A stretch of 63,810 bases of DNA, counting the filler, from Nitrospirae bacterium CG2_30_53_67 (lineage in GTDB: Bacteria; CG2-30-53-67): assembly GCA_001873285.1 (NCBI GenBank). It is 5 parts of 5 records of this genome, joined end to end, with 100 filler letters (N's around TTAATTAATTAA, not from the genome) between each part and the next. Parts side by side here need not be neighbours in the genome. Positions count along the whole stretch, not along the records: positions 27,988 to 43,112 come from MNYV01000079.1; positions 43,213 to 54,155 come from MNYV01000016.1; 3 more parts are not named here. One strand, written 5' to 3'. Both the position numbers and the translations under genes were made by a program. This document shows, piece after piece, positions 38,511 to 48,446 of this stretch; within the stretch, counting starts at the first letter, position 1, and each line of letters begins with the position of its first letter. The notes under the pieces are model-generated. The model searched no databases and had not been told where the DNA came from. It saw nothing but the letters and a program-made list of their open reading frames with translations.

Positions 38511-41500
38511 ATGACCACTGAAGACCTGGATTTAAGACCTGCCGATATTCAGCTTCTCTCCACCCCTGATGACATTGCCGCCTTTTTCGCCTCCCTCGGC
38601 TGGAACACGGACGAGAAGGCCGGTGCCCGTATCAAGCAGAGCGCCTCTGCGCTCGGCATCACACCTGAGTCAATCGCACGGACCATCAAACACGTCGAAC
38701 GCCTTGCGGACCAGGAAAACGGCGGTCTCCAGGTTTACCTCTTTGAACTCACCTCGGTCACGGTCGCCGCCGTCAGGGCCTTATCTCGCACCTTCAGAGA
38801 CCGGGCCGGGAAATATCTTCTTGTCCTCACGAGTGACTACGAAACTATCGATTTCGTCTTCCTCGAACGCATCCTTCCTCCAGCCAAAGGAGCGGGTATC
38901 ACAATTAAGACCGTCGGCATCCGGCCCCATCCTCTGACCGTCAATCGCAGGAACCCCGACATCATTGCTCTACGGGTATTGAGGCGCTTCACCTATACAG
39001 AATCCGACGCCGACGCCCAGGCAGACAAGCTCCTCTCGGCCTTCGGTATTGCAGAATGGTCTGAACGGCTATTCAACAACCGCGCCCTTTTCTCGGACTA
39101 TTACCTTCAGGAACGCCTGACCCAGTCTCCGGAATGGAGTGAGCCGATCAAACCGCTCCTGCTTAAATTCAGAGAGCTTTATACAAACGTCCGGGAACGG
39201 TTCATCGGGCAGAAGGAAGGGGTCGTGAGATCACAGCTTCTCGAACCCGCCTTTGACCTGTTAGGCTTTAAACCCATTGAAGGTAAGTCCGGCGGAGACC
39301 CTGCTGCAAAACCGGACTACCGTCTTTACCCAAAAGATTCTGCTACGGGTAATCCACTTGCGGTCTGTCTTGCCTACACCTGGAACCGGTATCTCGACGG
39401 CAAGGATGAAACCAGAGACACCGAAACCTCTGATGAAAACCCAGGCGCCCACGTGGTGACGCTCCTTGAAGCAGGCGAGGCGTCGTGGGCCATCGTCACG
39501 AACGGAAAGATATGGCGTCTCTACTCGGCGAAGGCCCATTCGCGGGCAACGAACTACTACGAGATAGACCTTGAAGAAGTCCTTGCGATGGCAGACCCGA
39601 AAGAAGCCTTCCAGTATTTCTATCTTTTCTTCCGCGCCCCGGCTTTTATTCCGAAAGAGGAACTTTACAAAGGTGAGAAACGGACCGTTGCATTTGTCGA
39701 TAAGCTCATCGAAGAGAGCGAGACCTATGCCAAAGAACTCGGCGAAAAATTAAAGGCACGAGTATTCGATAAAATATTTCCGCACTTTTCCGAAGGCTTC
39801 ATCGAGAATATGGGAGGCGCTGAATACGTCTTGTCCCTGCCCGAAAAAGAACGGGAGGAGAAGCTGCAAGACTGCTACCATGGAACGCTTACTTTCCTAT
39901 ACCGTCTTCTGTTCCTGCTCTACTCCGAATCCCGGAACCTCCTGCCCGTCACCGAGGTGAGAGGGTACTGGGAGATGAGCCTTACTCGTCTCAAGGCAGA
40001 GGTGGCGAAGCACGCCGGCACTATCCTGGATGAAGCGCCGGAAAAGATAAAGAAAGCCTATCACGGCAGCAGTACGGAACTCTACGACCGGCTGTTCAAG
40101 TTGTTCAGCGTTATCGACAATGGTGATTCAGATGTGAACGTCCCGCTTTACAACGGCGGCCTGTTCATCACCAACCCTCCGAAGGACGACGACTCCCCGG
40201 AAGTCAAGAACTCTCGCTTTCTCCGCAATCACAAGATACCCGATCGCTATCTTGCCCTTGGCCTGGACATGATGGCACGGGACATTGATGACAAGACTCA
40301 GGCCCTCGTCTTCATAGATTACAAGTCCCTCGGCGTTCGGCACCTGGGCTCCATCTATGAAGGACTTCTTGAATTCAAGCTCCGTATAGCCGAAGAAAAG
40401 ATGGCCGTGGTCAAGGGCAAGAAGACCGAGGAGATCGTTTCCTATGCCGAGGCGAAAAAGGACAAACTGCGTATTCTCACCATCGGACGCGGCAAGAACG
40501 CGGAGGAGCGGGTTCTCAAGAAAGGGACTGTTTATCTCGAAAACGACAAGCGCGAGCGCAAGGCCACCGGCTCTTACTACACACCGGACTACATCGTCAA
40601 ATACATCGTTGAGAACACCGTCGGTCCGGTTCTGGCTGAAAAGCTCGATGCTTTGCGTCCCAAGCTCCGCGAGGCACAGCAGACCCTCAAGAAAGAACGG
40701 GATAAATACAAGGCCCTCGGAGGCGCCGGCGACTCACCCGAGAACCAGACTTATCTCAGGCACCGCCATCTCGTGGATGAGCTCTTCGACATCAAGGTGC
40801 TCGATCCCGCCATGGGCAGCGGGCATTTTCTGGTCGAAGCCGTGGACTTCATCTCCGACAAGATTCTCGGCGATAGGGAAGGCTTCCTCCGCGCCTTTCC
40901 CTGGAACCCCATCACCGCGGAAATGGAAAAGACCCGCCAGACCATTCTGAGCGAAATGGAAAAGCAGGGTGTGAGCATAGACAGAAACCGCCTAACCGAC
41001 GTGAACCTTCTCAAGCGCCACATCCTCAAACGCTGCATCTACGGCGTGGACCTGAACCCCATGGCCGTGGAGCTTGCCAAAGTCTCCCTCTGGCTCGACT
41101 GCTTCACCCTCGGCGCGCCGCTCTCGTTCCTGGACCATCACCTCAAATGCGGAAACTCACTGATAGGAGCAAAGGTCGAAGAAGTGCGGGGAAAAGTTGA
41201 AACCGGCCAGTTGAGCCTTCTGGGTGGCACCCACTTCCAGGGGCTGATGCTCGCCACCGACCTCATGCGCCATATCGGTGAGCTTTCGGACGTGACCGCA
41301 GAGCAGGTCAGAAATTCCCGGTCAGAGTATAAAAAGGCCGTAGATGCTCTTGCGCCGTTCAAGCGTTACATGGACGTCTACACGAGCCAGTGGTTCGGAA
41401 ATGAACCGAGGACTGTGGGTAAAGGCAAGAAAAAGACTGAATACAACCCTGCCCTGGAATTTCTCCGATCCAAAGAATCCGAGGAATGGGCAAAGGCGCC

Positions 41501-42992
41501 GCACAAGGCCAAGCTCCCCGCAGAATGGAAGGGAATCGCCGCTACTACATTTGCTGCCGAGGAAGAGAAACATTTCTTTCACTGGGAGCTGGAGTTTCCC
41601 GAAGTTTTCTATGGCCCGCGTCCGGGAACTACACAGGTAATTGAACGAATCAAAGGGGCAGGCTTCGATGCGGTAATCGGCAATCCGCCCTATGATGTGC
41701 TTGCGAGTGAGGAGCTGGGTTATGAGATATCAAGAGATGTTGAATACTTCTTAGCATCTGATCTGTATAAACCGGCAGTTCGCGGTGCCCGTAATCTCAA
41801 TAAGCTTTTCATTTGTCGTGGACTCAGCATAACAAAAGAGAATGGGACATTCTCTTTTATTGTTCCGATGTCGCTTCTTGGTGATGAGCAGGCAACCGGC
41901 ATACGCAAAATGATGTTGGAGAAGACCGGGGTAATGTTAATTGAGGCTTTCCCGCAAAAAGATGATCCTCAAAATAGGGTTTTTGCAGAAGCCAAGCTGT
42001 CAACGGTCATTTTTGTTATACGTTCCGTACCTACGGGTAAAAAGTTCACAATACGGACTCATTCAGGGAAGCTGTTTGAAGATAGTGCTTCAATGTTAGC
42101 AGTTGCACCGGCAGATATTCTGACGTTTGATAAGGAAAATGCAACAATACCTTCTTGTACGCAACATGACTGGGATTTGATTGGGTTGATACGACAGGGC
42201 GCTATACAACCCATGGGTAATGTTGCAAAGTTATTTGAGGGAGAATTACATGCTCTGACGCATCGAGAGTTCATAAACGCCAACAACAAGGGGCCGGTTA
42301 TTATCCGTGGTTCAAATGTTACCTTATATGCCTTACGAGAAGCCTCTCAAGGCGAGGAATTAAGATTGGATGTGAGAGCATATCTGAAGGATAAATCAGA
42401 AAATAGCAGAGCCTTTGCACATCTCCATAAACGAATAGGTATTCAGCGGAGTGCTCCCCAAAACAATTTCAGAAGAATCATAGCTGCAATGTTGCCTGAA
42501 GGGGTATTTTGCTTCGATAAGCTTAAGTACATTCCTCCTGCAGCAAGTAAAATCGACCTCGATTTGCTGATCGCCGTTTTAAACTCAATAATTCTGGATT
42601 GGTATTTCAGACTCATTAGCACGAACGCGATGATAAATGAATATCAGTTTAACTCCTTGCCAGCGCCGACATTCAGTGATGAAGGCCCGAGTGTTGATTG
42701 GCGATCGTTGGTAAAATCCGGGAAGTGGGCAGATGTTGGAAATATGCTGTGTTCGGTTTGCGTCGAGCCCGGCGTTATGCACAAGCCGGTGCAAGACGCC
42801 CTTACTGAAATGAGCCGACAAATCCAGAAGATCGAAGCCGCTCGTGTTCTTAAAAATAGATCCGAGCGCTCCCGACTCGCACCTGAAAGCCAGCCGATAC
42901 AGAATACCATTGATAGGATCTTGTTCCGTTGCTATGGGCTTTCTGATGAAGAAGCTGAGTATATTTCAAAGCGGTTGCAGGAAATGCTTTAA
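38511..42992 (+). CDS. Type IIG/Eco57I-like fused restriction-modification protein (N6-adenine MTase plus TRD)
   Basis: YNGGLF, LGSIYEGLL, GSYYTP, LDPAMGSGHFL (motif I), YGVD, FHWELEFPEVF, GFDAVIGNPPY (motif IV); N-terminal PDY...TNGKIWRLY nuclease-like domain. Confidence 0.9.
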   Translation: MTTEDLDLRPADIQLLSTPDDIAAFFASLGWNTDEKAGARIKQSASALGITPESIARTIKHVERLADQENGGLQVYLFELTSVTVAAVRALSRTFRDRAGKYLLVLTSDYETIDFVFLERILPPAKGAGITIKTVGIRPHPLTVNRRNPDIIALRVLRRFTYTESDADAQADKLLSAFGIAEWSERLFNNRALFSDYYLQERLTQSPEWSEPIKPLLLKFRELYTNVRERFIGQKEGVVRSQLLEPAFDLLGFKPIEGKSGGDPAAKPDYRLYPKDSATGNPLAVCLAYTWNRYLDGKDETRDTETSDENPGAHVVTLLEAGEASWAIVTNGKIWRLYSAKAHSRATNYYEIDLEEVLAMADPKEAFQYFYLFFRAPAFIPKEELYKGEKRTVAFVDKLIEESETYAKELGEKLKARVFDKIFPHFSEGFIENMGGAEYVLSLPEKEREEKLQDCYHGTLTFLYRLLFLLYSESRNLLPVTEVRGYWEMSLTRLKAEVAKHAGTILDEAPEKIKKAYHGSSTELYDRLFKLFSVIDNGDSDVNVPLYNGGLFITNPPKDDDSPEVKNSRFLRNHKIPDRYLALGLDMMARDIDDKTQALVFIDYKSLGVRHLGSIYEGLLEFKLRIAEEKMAVVKGKKTEEIVSYAEAKKDKLRILTIGRGKNAEERVLKKGTVYLENDKRERKATGSYYTPDYIVKYIVENTVGPVLAEKLDALRPKLREAQQTLKKERDKYKALGGAGDSPENQTYLRHRHLVDELFDIKVLDPAMGSGHFLVEAVDFISDKILGDREGFLRAFPWNPITAEMEKTRQTILSEMEKQGVSIDRNRLTDVNLLKRHILKRCIYGVDLNPMAVELAKVSLWLDCFTLGAPLSFLDHHLKCGNSLIGAKVEEVRGKVETGQLSLLGGTHFQGLMLATDLMRHIGELSDVTAEQVRNSRSEYKKAVDALAPFKRYMDVYTSQWFGNEPRTVGKGKKKTEYNPALEFLRSKESEEWAKAPHKAKLPAEWKGIAATTFAAEEEKHFFHWELEFPEVFYGPRPGTTQVIERIKGAGFDAVIGNPPYDVLASEELGYEISRDVEYFLASDLYKPAVRGARNLNKLFICRGLSITKENGTFSFIVPMSLLGDEQATGIRKMMLEKTGVMLIEAFPQKDDPQNRVFAEAKLSTVIFVIRSVPTGKKFTIRTHSGKLFEDSASMLAVAPADILTFDKENATIPSCTQHDWDLIGLIRQGAIQPMGNVAKLFEGELHALTHREFINANNKGPVIIRGSNVTLYALREASQGEELRLDVRAYLKDKSENSRAFAHLHKRIGIQRSAPQNNFRRIIAAMLPEGVFCFDKLKYIPPAASKIDLDLLIAVLNSIILDWYFRLISTNAMINEYQFNSLPAPTFSDEGPSVDWRSLVKSGKWADVGNMLCSVCVEPGVMHKPVQDALTEMSRQIQKIEAARVLKNRSERSRLAPESQPIQNTIDRILFRCYGLSDEEAEYISKRLQEML

Positions 42993-43008
42993 CGTAATGA
43001 TAAGGAGC

Positions 43009-43029
43009 AAAATAGGGACAGCGCCCATT
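43009..43029. repeat. Copy of the AAAATAGGGACAGC motif
   Basis: aaaatagggacagcgcccatt, 20/21 identical to 1168-1188. Confidence 0.6.
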
Positions 43030-43112
43030 TTACTTGACTGAACAAGTAAAGTGAAACATGCGGTTGAGGTCTTTGATTTTGCTCTATGAAATGTCAAGAT
43101 TCAGGACCCTCG

Positions 43113-43212
43113 NNNNNNNNNNNNNNNNNNNNNNNNNNNNNNNNNNNNNNNNNNNNTTAATTAATTAANNNNNNNNNNNNNNNNNNNNNNNNNNNNNNNN
43201 NNNNNNNNNNNN
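43113..43212. other. Artificial contig linker
   Basis: N + TTAATTAATTAA + N. Confidence 0.98.
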
Positions 43213-43806
43213 CGGCTCGTCAAGGAGCAGGATGTCCGGATTCTGAAGGAGGAGCCGGCAGAGCGCCACGCGGCGCTTCTCTCCGCCCGATAGGATTTTT
43301 ACGGGCGTGTCTCCTGCCGGACAACGCAGGGCATCCATGGCCATCTCCAGCCGTGAGTCCAGATCCCAGGCGTTCAGCGCATCGAGCTTCTCCTGCACCT
43401 CCCCCTGACGCTCGATGAGTTTGTTCATCTCGTCGTCCGATATGGGCGCGGCAAACTTCTCATTGATCCGGTTGTATTCCTGGATCAGGTTCACGGTCTC
43501 CTTGACCCCTTCTTCTACAATCTCACGGACGGTTTTTGTTTGATCCAGCCCGGGTTCCTGCTCAAGAAAGCCGACCGTATGGCCGGGTGAGAGCACGGTC
43601 TCGCCGTTAAACTCCTTGTCCACGCCGGCCAGGATGCGAAGGAGCGTGCTCTTGCCTGATCCGTTCAGCCCCAGGACGCCGATCTTTGCGCCGTAAAAAT
43701 AAGAAAGATAGATATCCTTGATGACCGGCTTCTTGTCGTAATACTTGCTGACCCCGACCATGGAGTAGATGACCTTGTTCGGTTCCTCGCTCATAAGTTC
43801 GGACAT
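43213..43806 (-). CDS. ettA: ABC-F translational throttle EttA (3' partial)
   Basis: IYLSYFYGAKIGVLGLNGSGKST, AMDALRCP, LSGGEKRRVALC, LLLDEP. Confidence 0.93.
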
Positions 43807-43876
43807 CCTCCATCATGTTGTGTTTTGTGTCAGGATACCATATAGAAAAAGAAGATGAGATGCAATATATTTTGAG

Positions 43877-44117
43877 TCATCAACCTCCGGCAAAGCCGGA
43901 GGCTTGACGTTTGCCGGCTCCTCAAAGGGGCCTATTCGCAAACGGTTAAAAACACCCTCCCCTCCATCCCCTCCCATCCAGGGAGGGGAAGCCCACTGGC
44001 AGTTCCCTCTCCCCTTGTGGGAGAGGGCAAGGGCGAGGGGTAAAGCATTTCGGTTAACTGCATACTCCCGGAATGGCCAAACTCTGGGAGTCTCCCGGCA
44101 GAGCCGGGGGTTTACCT
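43877..44117. mobile_element. IS200/IS605-like non-autonomous element carrying an inserted REP doublet
   Basis: Terminal hairpins cctccggcaaagccggagg and cccggcagagccggg; no ORF; empty homolog at 57403-57494. Confidence 0.75.
43950..44050. repeat. CCCTCTCCC...GGGAGAGGG REP doublet flanked by a CGGTTAA direct repeat
   Basis: cggttaa at 43943-43949 and 44051-44057; hairpins cccctcccatccagggagggg and ccctctccccttgtgggagaggg. Confidence 0.8.
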
Positions 44118-44323
44118 AAATGCTAATCAGCTTCTTGTGGACCGGAGATGAGTCCGGCTCAGGGCTTCAAGGCATTCTTTCCATCAGGGCAGGGCATTGA
44201 ACTCATCAAGGGTCCTGCAACGCATGGCGGGATTCGTCTTTTTTTCTTCCCCGATGTTTGAAGTACATATCACACACCAGGCTTTGATGGATCGTTCAAT
44301 CCGTGCCGTCATCTTTGATTTAT

Positions 44324-44451
44324 TACTCTACAGGTGAATCAGGTGGCCAGGCGTTTGGACGGTCTGCGTTTGCAGGACAGAACGCTGGACCGGAAAATCA
44401 AGTCGTTGGAAAGTGAGATAAGAAAATTGTGCAATGTGTAGGTCTGACCCC
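44324..44451 (+). pseudogene. Possible C-terminal remnant of a REP-associated tyrosine transposase
   Basis: YST/VNQVARRLDGLRLQDRTLDRKIKSLESEIRKLCNV* (one frameshift), ending in aatgtgtaggtctgacccc. Confidence 0.4.
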
Positions 44452-44508
44452 ACATGACCCATGTACAAATCAAAAAGAACCGGGAAAGCGAAGAGGGACT
44501 GTGGGGTT

Positions 44509-44871
44509 CTATTCTCCATAGATATGGATGGTTTCATCTCTCCATATACCGAGGATGTTTTTGATCTCCACGTCTGCGAAATAGACTTTTTTCAACCCAT
44601 GTTTCTTAGCGATATCGCCGAAAGCATTGGATTTGAGCTTGGCGTAGAGACCGTAGCCGGAAAAGGGCTCGTTGATCTGAAGGATCTTTCCGGCGGCTTG
44701 ATGGGCCGAGGCAGGGGTGTTGTCGAGGTTGATCGTATAGGGGATGCGGATGTGGGTGTAAACATAACCGTTCAAGACGCTGTTTCCAGCCCTCCCGGTT
44801 ATACCCGCACAACCGGCCATGAGGGCGGACAGCAAGACAATGATTGGAATGAGTGTTCTTTTATGCGGCAT
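44509..44871 (-). CDS. TRL-like family lipoprotein
   Basis: Lipobox LMAGC; SNAFGDIAKKHGLKKVYFAD; C-terminal IYGE. Confidence 0.65.
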   Translation of the reverse strand: MPHKRTLIPIIVLLSALMAGCAGITGRAGNSVLNGYVYTHIRIPYTINLDNTPASAHQAAGKILQINEPFSGYGLYAKLKSNAFGDIAKKHGLKKVYFADVEIKNILGIWRDETIHIYGE

Positions 44872-44895
44872 ATGAGATCATGCTCCCTTGCCTGA

Positions 44896-45198
44896 TCAAT
44901 CTCCGTAAACCACCACGGTCCATTTGGAATAGAGTCCGAAGAGCACTTGAACGACCTCCTGGTCCGCATGTCTCATGACCTTGATGTCTCCGTTCTTTGC
45001 TGCGGCGGCATAGCTGGCGTCCCCCCATGATACGAGCCATAAAAGGCTGTAGGCGCTGGCGGTCCCGCTCTTGGTCCCAAGTTCCGTCAGGTTGAGATCG
45101 GCATCGTAGGGGGTTTTGACATTGACATAGGCACAGCCGCTGTAAAAGAGAAGCATGGTGAACAGGATGATCAGAGTCATGCCGCGTTTGATGTTCAT
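44896..45198 (-). CDS. TRL-like family lipoprotein
   Basis: Lipobox YSGC; KSGTASAYSLLWLVSWGDAS.AAAAKNG.I; TVVVYGD. Confidence 0.75.
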   Translation of the reverse strand: MNIKRGMTLIILFTMLLFYSGCAYVNVKTPYDADLNLTELGTKSGTASAYSLLWLVSWGDASYAAAAKNGDIKVMRHADQEVVQVLFGLYSKWTVVVYGD

Positions 45199-45473
45199 AG
45201 GCGTTTTTCTCCTCTGCAAAAGACCGTATTGTTGAATTCTAACCACAGAGCACACAGAGAACACGTATGATTCCCTGTTGATCTGATAAAAGTATAATAG
45301 GGGAAGGCCTATGGCCTGTCAATGAAGATTTGTGCATGTTGAATGAATTAAAGGTTTTGCTCATGATGGTTATTTAAACGTAATTTTTAGCATAGAGGCA
45401 GCGGTCATCTTAAGGAATAACGCAGAAATTTTCGGTATATCCGGATCGTGTTTCAGTCCGCCTAAAAAACCTC

Positions 45474-45501
45474 TTGTATTACATTGAGAATATGGTATAA
45501 T
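45474..45501 (+). promoter_or_regulatory. Putative sigma70 promoter (extended -10)
   Basis: TTGTAT-16 nt-TATAAT with TGn before the -10. Confidence 0.5.
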
Positions 45502-45552
45502 CATTTAAAAAGATAGATGTTTAGTAGGATTGCAAAAGGAAGGTTAAATATT

Positions 45553-45826
45553 GTCATTCTCCGGCTTGCCCCGCTTGTCCCGATCTATCGGGACGGTTTA
45601 CCGGGCTTGCCCTCTTGCCCTCGGCTTGCCGGGGCGGTTTACCGGGGTTCGAACGGAGAATCCACCCTTCGACAGGCTCAGGGTGACAATTGTCATGATG
45701 AGCTTGTCGAACCATGGATTGCCCGATCGGGCCTGCCCTCCGACTCCGACCGGGGGGTCGGGCAATGACGACTCAATTGCTGGAGCTTTGGTGATCGCTT
45801 GATCAATCATCAAGTCGGGCAATGAC
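45553..45826. repeat. Nested REP cluster A (GTCATT family with micro-inserts)
   Basis: gtcattctccgg...cggagaatcc, 52-bp central doublet, ggattgcccga...tcgggcaatgac. Confidence 0.9.
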
Positions 45827-45851
45827 GACAGAGGAAAAAGGGGCAAGGCTT

Positions 45852-47354
45852 ATGTCGGTTCGGTCGTTTCGATTGCTGACCTGCGGGATTGTCGCTGCCT
45901 GGGTTTTTGTTTTTTCCCTGCTTATTTACCGCCATTATGTTTCCGGAGTGGCCATCTCGCCCATGCAGAAAATCAGCGGCGATTTCTTCAGGATCCATGA
46001 CCAGTGGTTCGGTCTTTACCTCTCCCGGAAATCAGAGACAGGGGAATACAAGGAAAAGATCGGACATCTGCACTTCACCACGGAGAAGATCGGGAACGAA
46101 TACCGTTTTGTCCAGCACGCGGAGATGACCCTGAACCGGAATGGAAACAAGGAAACAGTCAGGGACGACCTTCGCTGTCTTTCGGATGCCGGATACCGGG
46201 TCAAGTCATTCGACTATGAGAGCGATGTCGATGGGTCGTCGTACAAGGCGCACGGTGAATTTAAAGACGGCCTCATGGTCATGTTCATGGAGAAAGGCGG
46301 AGAGCACCGGGCCGTCAACAGGGAGATGAAGGAGCCCCCGTATTTCCCGCTGACGGTCAAGGCCGCCCTTTTCGAGGAGGGGCTTGTCATGGGGAGGAAG
46401 GTTCAGTTCGCCGTGCTTGACTTCCTAACCCTGAATGTGGTTCAGGGCACAGCCGAGGTGGAGGATATGATCCCGGTCAAGTCGGGCATTCAGGTTTATA
46501 CGGCCTATCGCGTCACCCTGTCTTATCCAGGGATGAGAGACCGGTTCTGGATGAGTGAGGCCGGGGTCACGCTGCGTGAGGAACTTCCCACAGGGATCCT
46601 GGTCATGTACGAGACGGAGGTGATGGCAAAAGCGGCCCTGAAAAAGGGGGTGTTTTTTGATTACCTGATGCTCCCCACGGTCAAGAGCAATATCGTGATC
46701 TCGGAGCCGTCCAAGGTGAAGGGGATGACGGTCAGAATCGAAGGTATTGATCCTGCGCGATTCCCCGCGCTCAATGGAGACGATCAGACCGTGAACGGGG
46801 ATAGGGTCGAGATCCGGCGTTATACCGAGGAAGAAGTCAAGAAAGATACTTATGATCTTCCCTACGCAGGGGACGACATGAAACCATACCTTGAACCGAC
46901 GCCCTGGGTGCAGAGCGATGATCCGAAAATCAAGGAATTCTCAAAGGCTGTTCGGGGCGGTTTGACGGACGCGGCCCTGGTGTCCGGGAGTCTCACGGGA
47001 AGGATGTACGGTTGGATACAGGCACAGCCGAGCGCCCTGATTCCTACGGCTCTGGATGCGCACAAATACAGGGCCGGTGAGTGCCTGGAGTATACGGTTT
47101 TGTACACAGCCGCGGCCAGGGCCGCCGGCCTTCCGACCCGCATGGTTGCAGGCCTGGTTCCGGTCCGCGGGCTCTTTTATTTTCATACATGGGCCGAGGT
47201 CTGGATCGGACGGTGGGTGCCCGTAGATCCGACACGGGGGGAATGGCCGGCCGGCGCCGCACGGATACGGTTTGTCACGGGCGGCATGGAAGATCTTCTC
47301 GCTTTTATCCGAGAGATCGGTAAGATACGGATCCAAGTGTTGGAGGTCTTATGA
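45852..47354 (+). CDS. Membrane-anchored transglutaminase-like protein
   Basis: N-terminal TM; Cys-His-Asp triad in GECLEY, FHTWAEVW, WVPVDPT. Confidence 0.9.
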   Translation: MSVRSFRLLTCGIVAAWVFVFSLLIYRHYVSGVAISPMQKISGDFFRIHDQWFGLYLSRKSETGEYKEKIGHLHFTTEKIGNEYRFVQHAEMTLNRNGNKETVRDDLRCLSDAGYRVKSFDYESDVDGSSYKAHGEFKDGLMVMFMEKGGEHRAVNREMKEPPYFPLTVKAALFEEGLVMGRKVQFAVLDFLTLNVVQGTAEVEDMIPVKSGIQVYTAYRVTLSYPGMRDRFWMSEAGVTLREELPTGILVMYETEVMAKAALKKGVFFDYLMLPTVKSNIVISEPSKVKGMTVRIEGIDPARFPALNGDDQTVNGDRVEIRRYTEEEVKKDTYDLPYAGDDMKPYLEPTPWVQSDDPKIKEFSKAVRGGLTDAALVSGSLTGRMYGWIQAQPSALIPTALDAHKYRAGECLEYTVLYTAAARAAGLPTRMVAGLVPVRGLFYFHTWAEVWIGRWVPVDPTRGEWPAGAARIRFVTGGMEDLLAFIREIGKIRIQVLEVL

Positions 47355-48103
47355 TCACCATCAATCATGTTGTCAAACAGTACGGAGGTTATACGGCCGT
47401 GGACGGCCTCTGTCTTGAACTCAAGGAGGGAGAGATCTACGGACTGCTCGGTCCCAACGGCGCCGGCAAGACCACGACCATCAAGATGATCATGGGGCTT
47501 TTGAAGCCGACCTCAGGGACCATCAGGATCGCCGGGTATGACATCCAGAAAGAACCGATCCCGGCCAAAAAGATGATCAGCTACGTGCCTGACCGGGCGT
47601 ACCTCTATGAAAAACTGACGGCATGGGAATTCCTCCGTTTCATTGCAGGACTCTATGAACTGGATGATCAGACCTTAAAGGATCGGGGGCAGGAACTTCT
47701 GAAACTTTTCGAGCTCGAAAAATGGCAGGATGAACTCATCGGTAACTTCTCGCACGGGATGAAGCAGCGCCTCTGCATGGCTTCGGCATTCCTCAGAAAA
47801 CCGAAAATCCTGATCCTGGACGAGCCCACGGTGGGTCTCGATCCCAAGGGGGCGAGGCTTTTAAGGGAGATGATGCAGTCTTCCAGGGACCACGGGATGA
47901 CGATCATGATGTCCACCCATATCCTTGAGATTGCGGAGAAGATGTGCGACCGGATGGGGATCATCCTGAAGGGAAGGCTGATTGCGGAAGGGACCTCCGA
48001 AGAAATCCGGCAGCAGGCCAGCATGAGCGGCAGAGGGCTGGAGGATGTTTTCCTCCACCTTACCGGCGGCGAGGAGATGGCGGATCTGATCAAGATCCTG
48101 TAG
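47351..48103 (+). CDS. ABC transporter ATP-binding protein
   Basis: GPNGAGKTT, FSHGMKQR, ILDEP, STH. Confidence 0.97.
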   Translation: MITINHVVKQYGGYTAVDGLCLELKEGEIYGLLGPNGAGKTTTIKMIMGLLKPTSGTIRIAGYDIQKEPIPAKKMISYVPDRAYLYEKLTAWEFLRFIAGLYELDDQTLKDRGQELLKLFELEKWQDELIGNFSHGMKQRLCMASAFLRKPKILILDEPTVGLDPKGARLLREMMQSSRDHGMTIMMSTHILEIAEKMCDRMGIILKGRLIAEGTSEEIRQQASMSGRGLEDVFLHLTGGEEMADLIKIL

Positions 48104-48114
48104 TCACGGTCATT

Positions 48115-48362
48115 GTCATTCCCCGACTCGATCGGGGAATCCAGATGTCGTCCCACGGCTTGACCGGGGGAACCAGGTCGTAATACTGGATCATCCGGTC
48201 AAGCCGGATGATGACGAATCAATGATGCTGTCATTCCCCGACTCGATCGGGGAATCCATGGTTCGACAAGCTCACCATGACAATTGTCACCCTGAGCCTG
48301 TCGAAGGGTGGATTGTCCGGTCGGGCCTGTCCTCCGACTTGATCGGGGGACCGGACAATGAC
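48115..48362. repeat. REP cluster B
   Basis: gtcattccccgactcgatcggggaatcc twice, 52-bp doublet, CCTGTCC insert. Confidence 0.9.
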
Positions 48363-48446
48363 AAACAGCCTATTAATATCCGAGGAATTCTCTGTGTTCT
48401 CCGTGGTTAGGTTTTGAAAATACTGTAGTCACGAGGTGGAGAGACC

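Noticed and set aside
38511..42992. BREX PglX or DISARM assignment for the large MTase
   Set aside because: No brx/pgl/drm partner genes are visible on the contig.
42986..43010. CTTTAAC at the RM stop as the start of an attC
   Set aside because: No L boxes or matching GTTRRRY follow.
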